Numbered from the whole stretch's first letter, positions 41,428-50,743 are shown. The stretch: 60,844 bases of DNA, filler included, from 3 parts of 3 records of this genome joined end to end with filler, not necessarily neighbours in it, one strand, 5' to 3'. The notes: generated by a model from the letters alone, not told the origin. Translations and numbers: made by a program.

Positions 41428-42517
41428 AATTATAGACCTGTTCTAAAAGTGGAAATATAGAAGCCACACTTGCATTCTTAACCACCTCTTCAATACTAAA
41501 CAATTTAGATTTTATTTTATTTTTATCTTTTCTCATGTCTTGGATAGCCTCATTAAGAGAATTTAACATCGTAGTGTTATCCGTAAATAAATAGCCACTG
41601 TCTAGATTCAAATAATTATTCATTGGGGGTATATCTCTTGTTACACATATTTTTGAAAAACTCATTGCTTCTAATAAAACAAGTCCTAATCCTTCAGAAA
41701 ATGATGGGAAAATAAATATATCAATCTCATCAAAAAATAACTTTCTATTTTCAACATAACCTAAATATTTTATAGATTCCTTTTTTGTCTGTTGGGAAAT
41801 TGAATTCAGATATTCTAGGTATTGTTCGTCAGCATGTCCCCCAATCACCAAATTCAAATTATTCTCATCAAGATTATTAAATACTTCTAATAAATCTTCT
41901 ATTCCTTTATTTTTGTTTATCCGACCAAGAAAGCCTATGGTAATGTCTTCTTTAGTTGAATAATTAGAATTTAAATTTTTTTGCTCAACCCAATAAGGAA
42001 TTACTGTTGGCTCAAGATTACTATTTAGATTCACAATCCATTCGCTAACTGAATCTGAGATTGCAATTATTGTATCTGCCTGATCCCAATAGCCTGCTAA
42101 AGATATCATAAATTTTTTCTTCAGCCTATTTGACAATTTTGTACTTTCTAAATAAGTATCATATTTTCCATGTACACTTACAATCCACTTAAAATTTCCT
42201 GAGAATTTTTTTAAAATATGCATCATAAAATCACTTCGAGGTTGATGTGAATGGACTACATTGTAATTATTTTCATTGATAAATCTATGTAATTTCATAT
42301 AAGATCTTAAATTAAACATCCTAGGGCCATTTAATCTTTTTATTTGTATTTCAAGATTAATGAATTCATTTTCAAGAGATATAATATTTGGATTGTCAGA
42401 GCCTATCACTACTAAACTAATCGCATATCCTCTGTTGTTCTGTTCTTTAACTAAATCTAGTAAATGAGTTTCTGCTCCACCCCTATTTAATGTATTAATT
42501 ACATGACATACTTTCAT
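41420..42517 (-). CDS. Glycosyltransferase family 4 (GT-B)
   Basis: MKVCHVI..L.RGGAE, GRINKNKG, FPSFSEGLGLVLLEAM. Start moved to ATG 42517. Confidence 0.92.
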   Translation of the reverse strand: MKVCHVINTLNRGGAETHLLDLVKEQNNRGYAISLVVIGSDNPNIISLENEFINLEIQIKRLNGPRMFNLRSYMKLHRFINENNYNVVHSHQPRSDFMMHILKKFSGNFKWIVSVHGKYDTYLESTKLSNRLKKKFMISLAGYWDQADTIIAISDSVSEWIVNLNSNLEPTVIPYWVEQKNLNSNYSTKEDITIGFLGRINKNKGIEDLLEVFNNLDENNLNLVIGGHADEQYLEYLNSISQQTKKESIKYLGYVENRKLFFDEIDIFIFPSFSEGLGLVLLEAMSFSKICVTRDIPPMNNYLNLDSGYLFTDNTTMLNSLNEAIQDMRKDKNKIKSKLFSIEEVVKNASVASIFPLLEQVYNYE

Positions 42518-42524
42518 AATCAAA

Positions 42525-43190
42525 TTAAATTCTAGGTGATATCCAAGTCGACTTTGGTGGAAATAAATAATTCTCTTTTTTAAAATCACTTAATTTAAGC
42601 GGTGTAAAATTTAAGATTTTGTTTTCATCTGCTTTGATATCATTTTGAATGGGAGTGATTATTTCTGAACTTATAAGTTTACGCTTGAAGTCATACAAGT
42701 CGTACACGCTCGTAATCTCATTGTTAGAATATTTTTTATTTTGAAAATATAAAAAAAAGTCTGGGGAGCTAGATAATTTAAACTCATTTTCTATGAGAAT
42801 ATCATTTAACTGTTTTTCACTGACATTAATTATTGAATTATAACTTTCAACCCTTACATCATTATTTGAAATTAGAACGATTGGAACTGCAAGATCATAA
42901 GAGTATAAATTTAGATGTTCAAATCGATGGTGTCCATCCAAGAGTGTTAATTCATTAATCTCATCAAAGCTTTTCAATGAAAGTATTTCTTTTGGGTCTA
43001 CATTAACTGAAAATAATAGGGGTGGAAATTCTTTGACAATTTCGATATCCTTAGTTGTTTCATAATAGTTTTGAGTTTCTTCATGCAAAATTATTTTAAA
43101 ACTATTTTTTTTTGAGAAGTTTATCTCTGTTTTAACTCCCTTTACATCTGAGTTGTTGAAATAATAATTTTCAAAACTGTAATTTTTCAT
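42525..43190 (-). CDS. Short DUF1015-like (ParB/Srx-fold) protein
   Basis: LLDGHHR and terminal FPPKSTWISPR, matching DUF1015 hallmarks. Overlaps the serC stop. Confidence 0.65.
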   Translation of the reverse strand: MKNYSFENYYFNNSDVKGVKTEINFSKKNSFKIILHEETQNYYETTKDIEIVKEFPPLLFSVNVDPKEILSLKSFDEINELTLLDGHHRFEHLNLYSYDLAVPIVLISNNDVRVESYNSIINVSEKQLNDILIENEFKLSSSPDFFLYFQNKKYSNNEITSVYDLYDFKRKLISSEIITPIQNDIKADENKILNFTPLKLSDFKKENYLFPPKSTWISPRI

Positions 43191-44251
43191 AATTCTTCAA
43201 AAAAAGATTTCATAAATTCCAATAAATATTCCACTGAAGACTTGTCGATAGAGTTATACAAACTTATTCTTATTCCGCCTACACTCCGGTGTCCCTTTAT
43301 TCCTATTATGTTTCTTTCAAGGGATTTTTTGATGAATGAATCTTCGTTCATCTCATTCTTAAATTTAAATACTATATTCATCCTACTTCTTGAATATTCT
43401 GGAATTGGTAATACAACATGATCTTCATAATTTTCAAGAAATGAATAAACAGTTTTAGAATTTTGTATTGATTGTTGTTCAAAATAATCAACACCACCAG
43501 TTTCTAACATCCAATCGGTCACAAGTTTTAGAACGTAGATTGAAAATGTTGGGGGTGTATTTAGAATAGAGTCTTTATCTACCAATTTTTTTAAATTTAA
43601 ATAAATAGGATTCTGATTCTCGTTAATTAAGTCTTCCCTTATTATTGAAATTGTCACACCAGGTATTCCTAGATTTTTTTGAGCACCTGCATAAAGATAT
43701 GCAACATTATTCCAATCGAATTTATACGAACCTATGTCAGAGGAGCTGTCTATTATAAGGTTCTGATTAATTAGGTTAAAGTTTCTAATCTGCACACCTT
43801 CGATAGTTTCGTTTGAAGTAATGTGCATATAATCTGTCCTATCAGAATATTTATCAGTGCCTTGCTCTAGAAAATCTTTAATTTGTGGAACATCTAAATC
43901 TATCTTTTGTATTTTTCTAATTTTTACAAAGTCTTCATATGTTTTAGTCCCCCATGTACCCGTAACTAAATTGGATAGGCTTTTATTTTCATCGATGTTG
44001 TGCGGAATGAAAGCATTTTGAAAAGTTGCACCACCTTGAAGAAACAATATCCTGTAATTTGAAGGTATGTCTAGTAATTGTTGCAGGTTGTCCTTAGTTT
44101 TATCAAGAATCTCTTGAAAACTATTACTTCTGTGTGAAAGTTCAAGTATTGAAATACCTTCAGCTTTATATTCTAAAATATTTTTTTCAACTACTTCGAG
44201 CACTTCCCTATTCAGTTTTGCTGGTCCTGGAGAAAAGTTATATTTTGTCAT
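43187..44251 (-). CDS. serC: Phosphoserine aminotransferase
   Basis: YNFSPGPA, ELSHRS, FLQGGAT, NETIEG, YAGAQKNLG, NTPPTF, GHRSVGGIRISLYN. Confidence 0.96.
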   Translation of the reverse strand: MTKYNFSPGPAKLNREVLEVVEKNILEYKAEGISILELSHRSNSFQEILDKTKDNLQQLLDIPSNYRILFLQGGATFQNAFIPHNIDENKSLSNLVTGTWGTKTYEDFVKIRKIQKIDLDVPQIKDFLEQGTDKYSDRTDYMHITSNETIEGVQIRNFNLINQNLIIDSSSDIGSYKFDWNNVAYLYAGAQKNLGIPGVTISIIREDLINENQNPIYLNLKKLVDKDSILNTPPTFSIYVLKLVTDWMLETGGVDYFEQQSIQNSKTVYSFLENYEDHVVLPIPEYSRSRMNIVFKFKNEMNEDSFIKKSLERNIIGIKGHRSVGGIRISLYNSIDKSSVEYLLEFMKSFFEEL

Positions 44252-45579
44252 GATGAATCTTTTTTATTACTAGTAATCATGTTATACCCAGCTCCAATAA
44301 CAAGTGCTGTAAAAGCATTAAATTCTTCAATAGGTGTTAAGAAGAAAAAAAGAGCAAATAGTAAAAATAAATAGAGTTCAAAATTCTTTTTGGAAGAGGT
44401 AAAAATATGTAACAAAACTAAAAATAAAAAGGCAATAAATGATGCTCCAAAAGACAGAGATGCATTAACAAATAAATTTTGGACATTTGGATAATAACTA
44501 AGAAGTGAATAATTACCTGTACCAAAATTTTTGGCTTCATACCTAGTGAGTAAATGCTTTGGTAAAGTTCTGTTAGTAAAGTACATTTCATTACTTATCT
44601 CCTCAGAAAGAAATAAACCAAACCCTTGGTTTACTGATGTAATTCCCTGTGGCGAAAATCTAGTAAATGAATAAATTGCATATTCAACCACTGCATTCCT
44701 GTCATTTCCTATTTGGAGAGTATTCTCAACATCGCTAAATACTAATGGCTCAAGTACTGAGGGTACTGTATCTGAGCTTATGCAATCACTACTTTTTGGG
44801 TTTAAATCACATTCCCTGATACCAATTAAAGAAAATATTAAAACTAAAATTACCGGATAAATTACTTTATTAATTCTTTTTCTTTTTAAGGAAGAGAGAA
44901 ATAAAACTATAAAGGTAATAAAAAAGTAAACTCTCACCAAGTCGCTACGAGTTAAGCCAATAACTAGTGAGGCGGTTAACACTGTAAATAAATGCATTTT
45001 TTTAGTAGAAAACAAATACAAATACAATAATGGTATAACTGTTGATACAAGTAAAACAGGCTCCCTAAACGTCCCTACCATTCTGTGAGGTTCATTTTTC
45101 CAAAAAGTAGTTTGAGAGGCATCGCCTAATAATCCAGTATTTGATCTGTTTCTTAAAAATTCTGGTAGGTCATAAATTTGTGCAAAGTATGAATATATAG
45201 CAAAAATTGAAAGGGCAAGAATCAATTTTTGTAATATGTTCATAAATTCAATATTTTCAGAGATATTAAAAAATTTCAAGGAAAAAATTAAAACTACAAG
45301 AAAAGATACAACATTAAATGACCTAAGTAAAAAGTTAAGATTATTATCGAAAGACTGCATCAAGATAGAGTTGGCAATGCTTGGTACTAATAGAATAAAA
45401 ATAACGATATAGAAATTAGTGTTGAGTAAAATCCTGTAATCACTAATCACAGCAATTAAAAAAATTCCTATAAGCCCAATCCAAGAAAATGGTACATTAA
45501 AAAAAGAATAAGCATCTAAACAGTAAAAAAATAAGCATAAGAACAGAGATAAATTTTTAATTTGGTTTTTATTTACCAT
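44248..45579 (-). CDS. Polytopic membrane protein, probable Wzy-like polysaccharide polymerase
   Basis: About 10 TMs, R.VGTFREP and LTRS motifs, next to the flippase. Confidence 0.6.
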   Translation of the reverse strand: MVNKNQIKNLSLFLCLFFYCLDAYSFFNVPFSWIGLIGIFLIAVISDYRILLNTNFYIVIFILLVPSIANSILMQSFDNNLNFLLRSFNVVSFLVVLIFSLKFFNISENIEFMNILQKLILALSIFAIYSYFAQIYDLPEFLRNRSNTGLLGDASQTTFWKNEPHRMVGTFREPVLLVSTVIPLLYLYLFSTKKMHLFTVLTASLVIGLTRSDLVRVYFFITFIVLFLSSLKRKRINKVIYPVILVLIFSLIGIRECDLNPKSSDCISSDTVPSVLEPLVFSDVENTLQIGNDRNAVVEYAIYSFTRFSPQGITSVNQGFGLFLSEEISNEMYFTNRTLPKHLLTRYEAKNFGTGNYSLLSYYPNVQNLFVNASLSFGASFIAFLFLVLLHIFTSSKKNFELYLFLLFALFFFLTPIEEFNAFTALVIGAGYNMITSNKKDSS

Positions 45580-45625
45580 AAGTTAATCATAATTAAAGTT
45601 TTCAAAATAGATGTAATCTTTATTT

Positions 45626-46852
45626 TTATTGAATTACTTTTTTTCTATATATCCTTATCTCAAATAATTTCTGAAAAATGATAGCTATGGTCAAAGACAA
45701 AGCAATGCCGTTATATCCATATGCTGGAGAAAGAATTAAAGAAAAGAATATAAATGAGAATGTGTAAATCAACTTTCCGTAAGTATGAAAAATAATTAAG
45801 TTATTAAAAAGTAATAACTGTCTAACCCAAAAAGTTAATAAAAATGTAACGTATCCAATTAGAAGAATTACCAAAGGTTCATAAGATTTTAGAAATTCTT
45901 CAGAGCCAACAATTTCAATAAAAGTTTTTCCAAATAATACATAAAAAAGAGTTACCACAGAAGCAACGGGTATTAAAAATTTTTTAAAAAATGTTTGAAT
46001 ATCAAAGTTTTCTTCAACTCTGCTTAATTTACTTTGAATCCACGGATTAAAAATTGCAACAATATAGTTAACTGGTTCTATTAATCTTTTTGCAAATCTA
46101 TAAATTCCAACTGAAGAATAATCACTTATTATTGAAATGACTATCACATCAAAATGTTGGGGTATCAAACCAATAATTTGATTAAGGCGAATTGACTTAT
46201 AATGTGAGAAGGTAGATCTCAGATACTTTTTGAAATCCTTAAATACAAATCTGTGAATCTTAATATTCTTTACTACATAAAAGAGACTGCTGACTCCATA
46301 AAAAATTGAGTAAACAGTTTGGCCTATTATATAGTTCTCAACAGATGGGGTAATAGAAATAAGGCTTACTATGGCAATAAATCTTACGGCAACTGACAAA
46401 GATTCTAGAACTGAAAATTTTCTTAAACTATTGCTGCTAATGAGCCAAGCTTTTGAAGTCTCAGAAAAGGTCTGTAATATTCGTGAACCAAAATATATTA
46501 TGATATATGTTTCAATTTTCGGGATTCCAAAATAGTTTTTTATTGGAAGATTTAATGCACTTAGACAAATCAAAAAAGCAACCAAGCCAATCAACATATC
46601 AAATAGATACGAGTATAGAACTGATGATTTTTCATTAAGAGTCAGCAGTGTTACGTCGCTATTTTTTGAGTGTAGAGCTCTAAAAACTAAGCTTGGTAGT
46701 GTTACGATTAATGTTACAATTCCATATTTTTCAACACCAAGCAATTTAACTACAAGAGATACTTGTAAAAGAGCTACTGCGGCAACAAAAAATTGAGAAA
46801 GTATTAAATCCTTAGTTTGTTTAAGAATTTCGCTAACAAATGAAATATTCAT
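45626..46852 (-). CDS. Wzx-like oligosaccharide flippase
   Basis: About 12 TMs, LG.EKYG, FDVIVI......VGIYRFAKRL, YG.NGIA. Start moved to ATG 46852 because the upstream ORF part overlaps a tRNA. Confidence 0.85.
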   Translation of the reverse strand: MNISFVSEILKQTKDLILSQFFVAAVALLQVSLVVKLLGVEKYGIVTLIVTLPSLVFRALHSKNSDVTLLTLNEKSSVLYSYLFDMLIGLVAFLICLSALNLPIKNYFGIPKIETYIIIYFGSRILQTFSETSKAWLISSNSLRKFSVLESLSVAVRFIAIVSLISITPSVENYIIGQTVYSIFYGVSSLFYVVKNIKIHRFVFKDFKKYLRSTFSHYKSIRLNQIIGLIPQHFDVIVISIISDYSSVGIYRFAKRLIEPVNYIVAIFNPWIQSKLSRVEENFDIQTFFKKFLIPVASVVTLFYVLFGKTFIEIVGSEEFLKSYEPLVILLIGYVTFLLTFWVRQLLLFNNLIIFHTYGKLIYTFSFIFFSLILSPAYGYNGIALSLTIAIIFQKLFEIRIYRKKVIQ

Positions 46853-46861
46853 TTTGTTAAG

Positions 46862-46908
46862 TGGAGCTGAGGGGATTTGAACCCCTGACCCCCTGCATGC
46901 CATGCAGG
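46862..46908 (-). tRNA. tRNA-Ala(GGC), 3' half only (cut at contig edge)
   Basis: Reverse complement CCTGCATGGCATGCAGG-GGGTC-AGGGGTTCAAATCCCCT-CAGCTCCA. Confidence 0.85.
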
Positions 46909-47008
46909 NNNNNNNNNNNNNNNNNNNNNNNNNNNNNNNNNNNNNNNNNNNNTTAATTAATTAANNNNNNNNNNNNNNNNNNNNNNNNNNNNNNNNNNNN
47001 NNNNNNNN
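46909..47008. other. Artificial contig-joining linker
   Basis: 44 N + TTAATTAATTAA + 44 N, identical to the first linker. Confidence 0.97.
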
Positions 47009-47198
47009 CTATATCACTCCACCATTCATTTGGTAGCTCTAAATGAAGATCTTTATAGGATTGTTGATTTGTTTTTGAGTCTATAGGTCTCCAGTATGTT
47101 CCTCCAAAGCTACCTAATTTAAATATTTGGTAGGGAGTAAGGTTAGGCGTGAAATCTGGAAAATCGTTAAAGGTAAGATTCTCTGGGGTTATTCGCAC
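47009..47198 (-). CDS. Conserved hypothetical protein, N-terminal fragment (truncated at contig edge)
   Basis: GTG start overlaps the nrdJ stop. FPDFTPNLTPYQIFKLGSFGGTYWRPI motif-rich N-terminus. Confidence 0.75.
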
Positions 47199-49573
47199 TT
47201 AGACCAGCCACAATCTTTACATAGTAAGCAGCCACCTTCGTCAACTATTCCATGGCTTTCACACTCCTTGCAATACATACCTTGTGGTTCGGTACGGCTT
47301 GGAGCTTCATCAGCTATTTCAAATTGAACTTTTTTTTTAGAATTAGGAGTTTCTTCACCATCAAGAAAGGTTTCTAGAGCTCTTCCAATAGCATCTGGAG
47401 TTGATAAAATTAATTGTCCATCTTCCCATGTTGGGTTAGGCCCACTAATTCCTTTTAATTGACTGATTACACTATTTGGATCTACGCCAGATCTTAATGC
47501 AAGAGATATTAGTCTACTGATCGCTTCTGTTTGAGCAGCAACAGTTCCACCTGCTTTTCCAATAGCTGTAAAGACTTCACATAATCCATTTTCATCTTCA
47601 TTGACAGTGATGTAGAGAGTACCATCTCCTGTGCGCATTCGTCTTGTTTTTCCTGTAGTAATCTGAGGTCTGTTTCTAGCTGTTTTCTTACCAGTTTCAG
47701 CTGCTTTTACGACTTTTCCTTCTTCAGATTTTTCATCAGTAATAAGAATGCCTTCACGAGACCCCTCTCTATATACTGTAATACCTTTAAGATTGCCTTT
47801 ATAAGCTGTCATGTAAATGTCAGCTACAGTTTCTACGGTCGTTTCTTCTGCTAAGTTAACAGTAGAAGAAATTGAACTATCAATATATTTTTGAACTTCA
47901 CCTTGCATTTTTACTCTGAAATATGGATCTACATCATGCGCAGTCACCACATAGTCAGGTAAGTTTTCATCATCGCCAAACATTTCTTGAACTACGGGAT
48001 GATAAACGGTAAAGGTGTCAAATTCTTTTCCAAGACTATCATTTTTTTTCACTTTTCTTTTATAAGATGTGGCAAAAATTGGCTCTACTCCAGATGTTAC
48101 CCTAGCAACAATAGCGCCACTTCCTGTAGGAGCTACTGTAGTTAATGTAGAGTTTCTGATACCATGATTTTTTATTTTTTCCTGTAATTCTTGTGGAAGG
48201 TCTTGAACAAAAAGACTTTCAGAGTATCCATCCCAGTCAAAATTAGGAAATCCACCTTTTTCTTGTGCTAAATCAGCACTAGTTTCATATGCTGTATCTC
48301 TATGAATTTCCATAACCTTACCAATAATTTCCAATGCTTCATCTGAGTCATATTTAATACCCATTTTTACCAACATATCGCCTAAGCCAAGAATTCCTAA
48401 TCCAACTCTTCTATCATTGATAGCATTTTGTTTTTGGTCTTCTAGTGCATGACGATCAACATTGTAATCAACAACATTATCTAAAAACCTTGCACCAACA
48501 GCTGTTGTCTCACGGAAACCATCAAAATCAAAGTTACCACTGTTGTCTACAAAGCGTTCTAGGTTTAAAGCACCAAGATTACAACATCCACCATCAGGAA
48601 GCGGTTGTTCTGCACATGGATTTGTTGAAACTAGAGGACTACAGTATTCTGCATTATGATATTTCTTCATAGTATCCCAGAATAATAACCCAGGCTCTGC
48701 ACTGGCATGAGCATGTTCAATAATTTTCATCCATAAATCTTTGGCATTTACCGTTTCATAAACTTTTCCGCCCCATTGTAAATCAAAATCAGAATCAGTT
48801 TGCACTGCTTCCATAAAATCGTCTGTCAAGAATACAGATATATTGGAATATTTAACCATATCAACATCACCAGTTTTGATTTCGATAAACTTTTGAATAT
48901 CAGGATGGTCAACTCTCAATGTCTGCATATTTGCACCACGTCTACCATGTTGTGCGATAGTATTGGTATTTTCGCTAAACAAATTCATAAATCCAACAGG
49001 ACCACAAGAGTCACCGCCCGTGCCTAGAATAGCATCTCCGGAAGGTCTTAGGATGGATAAATCATGACCACATCCACCACCATACTTGTATGTCATTGCT
49101 TCTTGTACAACACAATCATATATGGATTTTATAGAATCTGTTTTAATTCCTACAACATAACAATTGTTTAATGTAGTAGTAATATCCTCTCTTCCTGCAC
49201 CATGCATAATTCTTCCACCTGGTACGAATTTAAAATTTTTCAGTGCATCAAAGAATGCAGCTTCCCATTTTTCTTGAAGCTCTTTTGTTTTTTCTACACT
49301 AGCTAGTGCCTTAGCTTGACGTTTCCATAAATCCCATGGGTTTTTCTCCCAAGGTGCTAAATATTTCATCTCTAGTACACTCTTGCCTAGATCGTCATTT
49401 TTATAATACTCATCGATTTCAAATTCCTTTGGACACACTTCTTCATCTGTCTGATTTGACTCATCCATTGATTCTTTGATGTTAAATCCTAAAATTTGAT
49501 TTTTTAGATCCGAATCGATGTTCGGAGTTGATTCATTTTCCGTAGGAAAATTTATTTTAATTTCTTCTGCCAT
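47189..49573 (-). CDS. nrdJ: Adenosylcobalamin-dependent (class II) ribonucleotide reductase with C-terminal TSCPD/Zn-ribbon
   Basis: TLNNCYV, RRGANM, NPCAEQPL, CNLGALNL, APTGS, KGITVYREGSR, C-terminal CKEC...GCLLCKDCGWSKC. Confidence 0.95.
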   Translation of the reverse strand: MAEEIKINFPTENESTPNIDSDLKNQILGFNIKESMDESNQTDEEVCPKEFEIDEYYKNDDLGKSVLEMKYLAPWEKNPWDLWKRQAKALASVEKTKELQEKWEAAFFDALKNFKFVPGGRIMHGAGREDITTTLNNCYVVGIKTDSIKSIYDCVVQEAMTYKYGGGCGHDLSILRPSGDAILGTGGDSCGPVGFMNLFSENTNTIAQHGRRGANMQTLRVDHPDIQKFIEIKTGDVDMVKYSNISVFLTDDFMEAVQTDSDFDLQWGGKVYETVNAKDLWMKIIEHAHASAEPGLLFWDTMKKYHNAEYCSPLVSTNPCAEQPLPDGGCCNLGALNLERFVDNSGNFDFDGFRETTAVGARFLDNVVDYNVDRHALEDQKQNAINDRRVGLGILGLGDMLVKMGIKYDSDEALEIIGKVMEIHRDTAYETSADLAQEKGGFPNFDWDGYSESLFVQDLPQELQEKIKNHGIRNSTLTTVAPTGSGAIVARVTSGVEPIFATSYKRKVKKNDSLGKEFDTFTVYHPVVQEMFGDDENLPDYVVTAHDVDPYFRVKMQGEVQKYIDSSISSTVNLAEETTVETVADIYMTAYKGNLKGITVYREGSREGILITDEKSEEGKVVKAAETGKKTARNRPQITTGKTRRMRTGDGTLYITVNEDENGLCEVFTAIGKAGGTVAAQTEAISRLISLALRSGVDPNSVISQLKGISGPNPTWEDGQLILSTPDAIGRALETFLDGEETPNSKKKVQFEIADEAPSRTEPQGMYCKECESHGIVDEGGCLLCKDCGWSKCE

Positions 49574-49781
49574 AGTTCTAAATAATACTCTTACCCTTTT
49601 TAATTAATTTAATTCAATACACAGTTATACCTAATAATTGTATATTTTCTCTCTAATAAAGAGACTGTTTGCAAATACTTAAGCTTACGAAAAGCTGATT
49701 GGCTGGCACTTGTAAATTATTTAATTTTTTTTATTTTAGTCAAGGTTAAAAAACTTTTTTTTACTATTTTTTTTATAATAC

Positions 49782-50678
49782 ATGAATAATCAATCAAATA
49801 ATATAATTCCTGGGTGGATTTTACGTCACCTACCTTATAATCATCATAATATTGATGTAAATGGAAAAAATATGCATGTCATGGAGAAAGGCAAAGGGAA
49901 GCCTATTGTCCTAGTTCATGGGAATCCTATGTGGGGATATTTATACAAAAAAGTATTAGATCAGATTAACAGTGATGAAGCTCGATTGATTGTGCCAGAC
50001 CTAATTGGATTTGGATTTTCTGATAAAATAAAGATAAGCGAACATTCTTTAGAAGCTCATACAGAATGGATGGCCAGTTTTTTTAAAACGATTAAAGAGG
50101 AATCTATTGGATTGGTAATCCACGACTGGGGCGGTATGATTGGTGTTGCTGGTGCGATCAGAGCAGGAAAGAAAATTGACGGATTAGTAATAATGAATAC
50201 TTCAGTAACAGCGCCGAAAGATGGATTTACGCCTACATGGTTTCACAGTCTTTCTCAATTACCCGTTATAAGTGATTTGTTATTTAGAGTTTTTAATTTC
50301 CCGCTATCTGTTTTAAAGAAGTTTGAGGGGATTCCAGGTTCTTATTCAAAAGAAGATTTAAAGATCTATAAATATCCGTTAAGAAAATTTAAAGATAATG
50401 TAGGACCGTTAGCTTTAGCTAGAATGGTCCCTAATAATATGGAGCATCCCAGCGTTCCTATTGAGAAAGAAGTAGAAGAATTTCTAAAATCATATAAAGG
50501 CCCAGCAGAGATTATTTGGGGAGTGAATGATCAGGTTATGTGGAAGTTGAGAAGAAGAACAGAAAGACTATTTCCTCAAGCTAAAACATTCAAAACTAAT
50601 GCAGGTCATTTTGTTCAACAAGAATCATCCGAAAAAGTTGTAGAGTCCATAAAAAAAATTTTTAAATTGGATAAATAA
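49782..50678 (+). CDS. Alpha/beta hydrolase, haloalkane dehalogenase/OleB-like
   Basis: HGNPMW, PDLIGFGFSDK, HDWGG nucleophile elbow, AGHFVQ catalytic His. Confidence 0.85.
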   Translation: MNNQSNNIIPGWILRHLPYNHHNIDVNGKNMHVMEKGKGKPIVLVHGNPMWGYLYKKVLDQINSDEARLIVPDLIGFGFSDKIKISEHSLEAHTEWMASFFKTIKEESIGLVIHDWGGMIGVAGAIRAGKKIDGLVIMNTSVTAPKDGFTPTWFHSLSQLPVISDLLFRVFNFPLSVLKKFEGIPGSYSKEDLKIYKYPLRKFKDNVGPLALARMVPNNMEHPSVPIEKEVEEFLKSYKGPAEIIWGVNDQVMWKLRRRTERLFPQAKTFKTNAGHFVQQESSEKVVESIKKIFKLDK

Positions 50679-50743
50679 GTCATTGAATTATTAAAAAAAT
50701 CTTTAAATTGAGTGGCAAGTAACTAGGCAAAAAATAACTTAAT

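Noticed and set aside
46853-46903. N-terminal extension MACRGSGVQIPSAP of the flippase ORF
   Set aside because: Translation of the tRNA-Ala sequence. The true start is more likely ATG 46852.
49574-49781. Possible cobalamin riboswitch or NrdR boxes upstream of nrdJ
   Set aside because: No B12-box or conserved GGGAA elements and no convincing NrdR palindrome could be read by eye.
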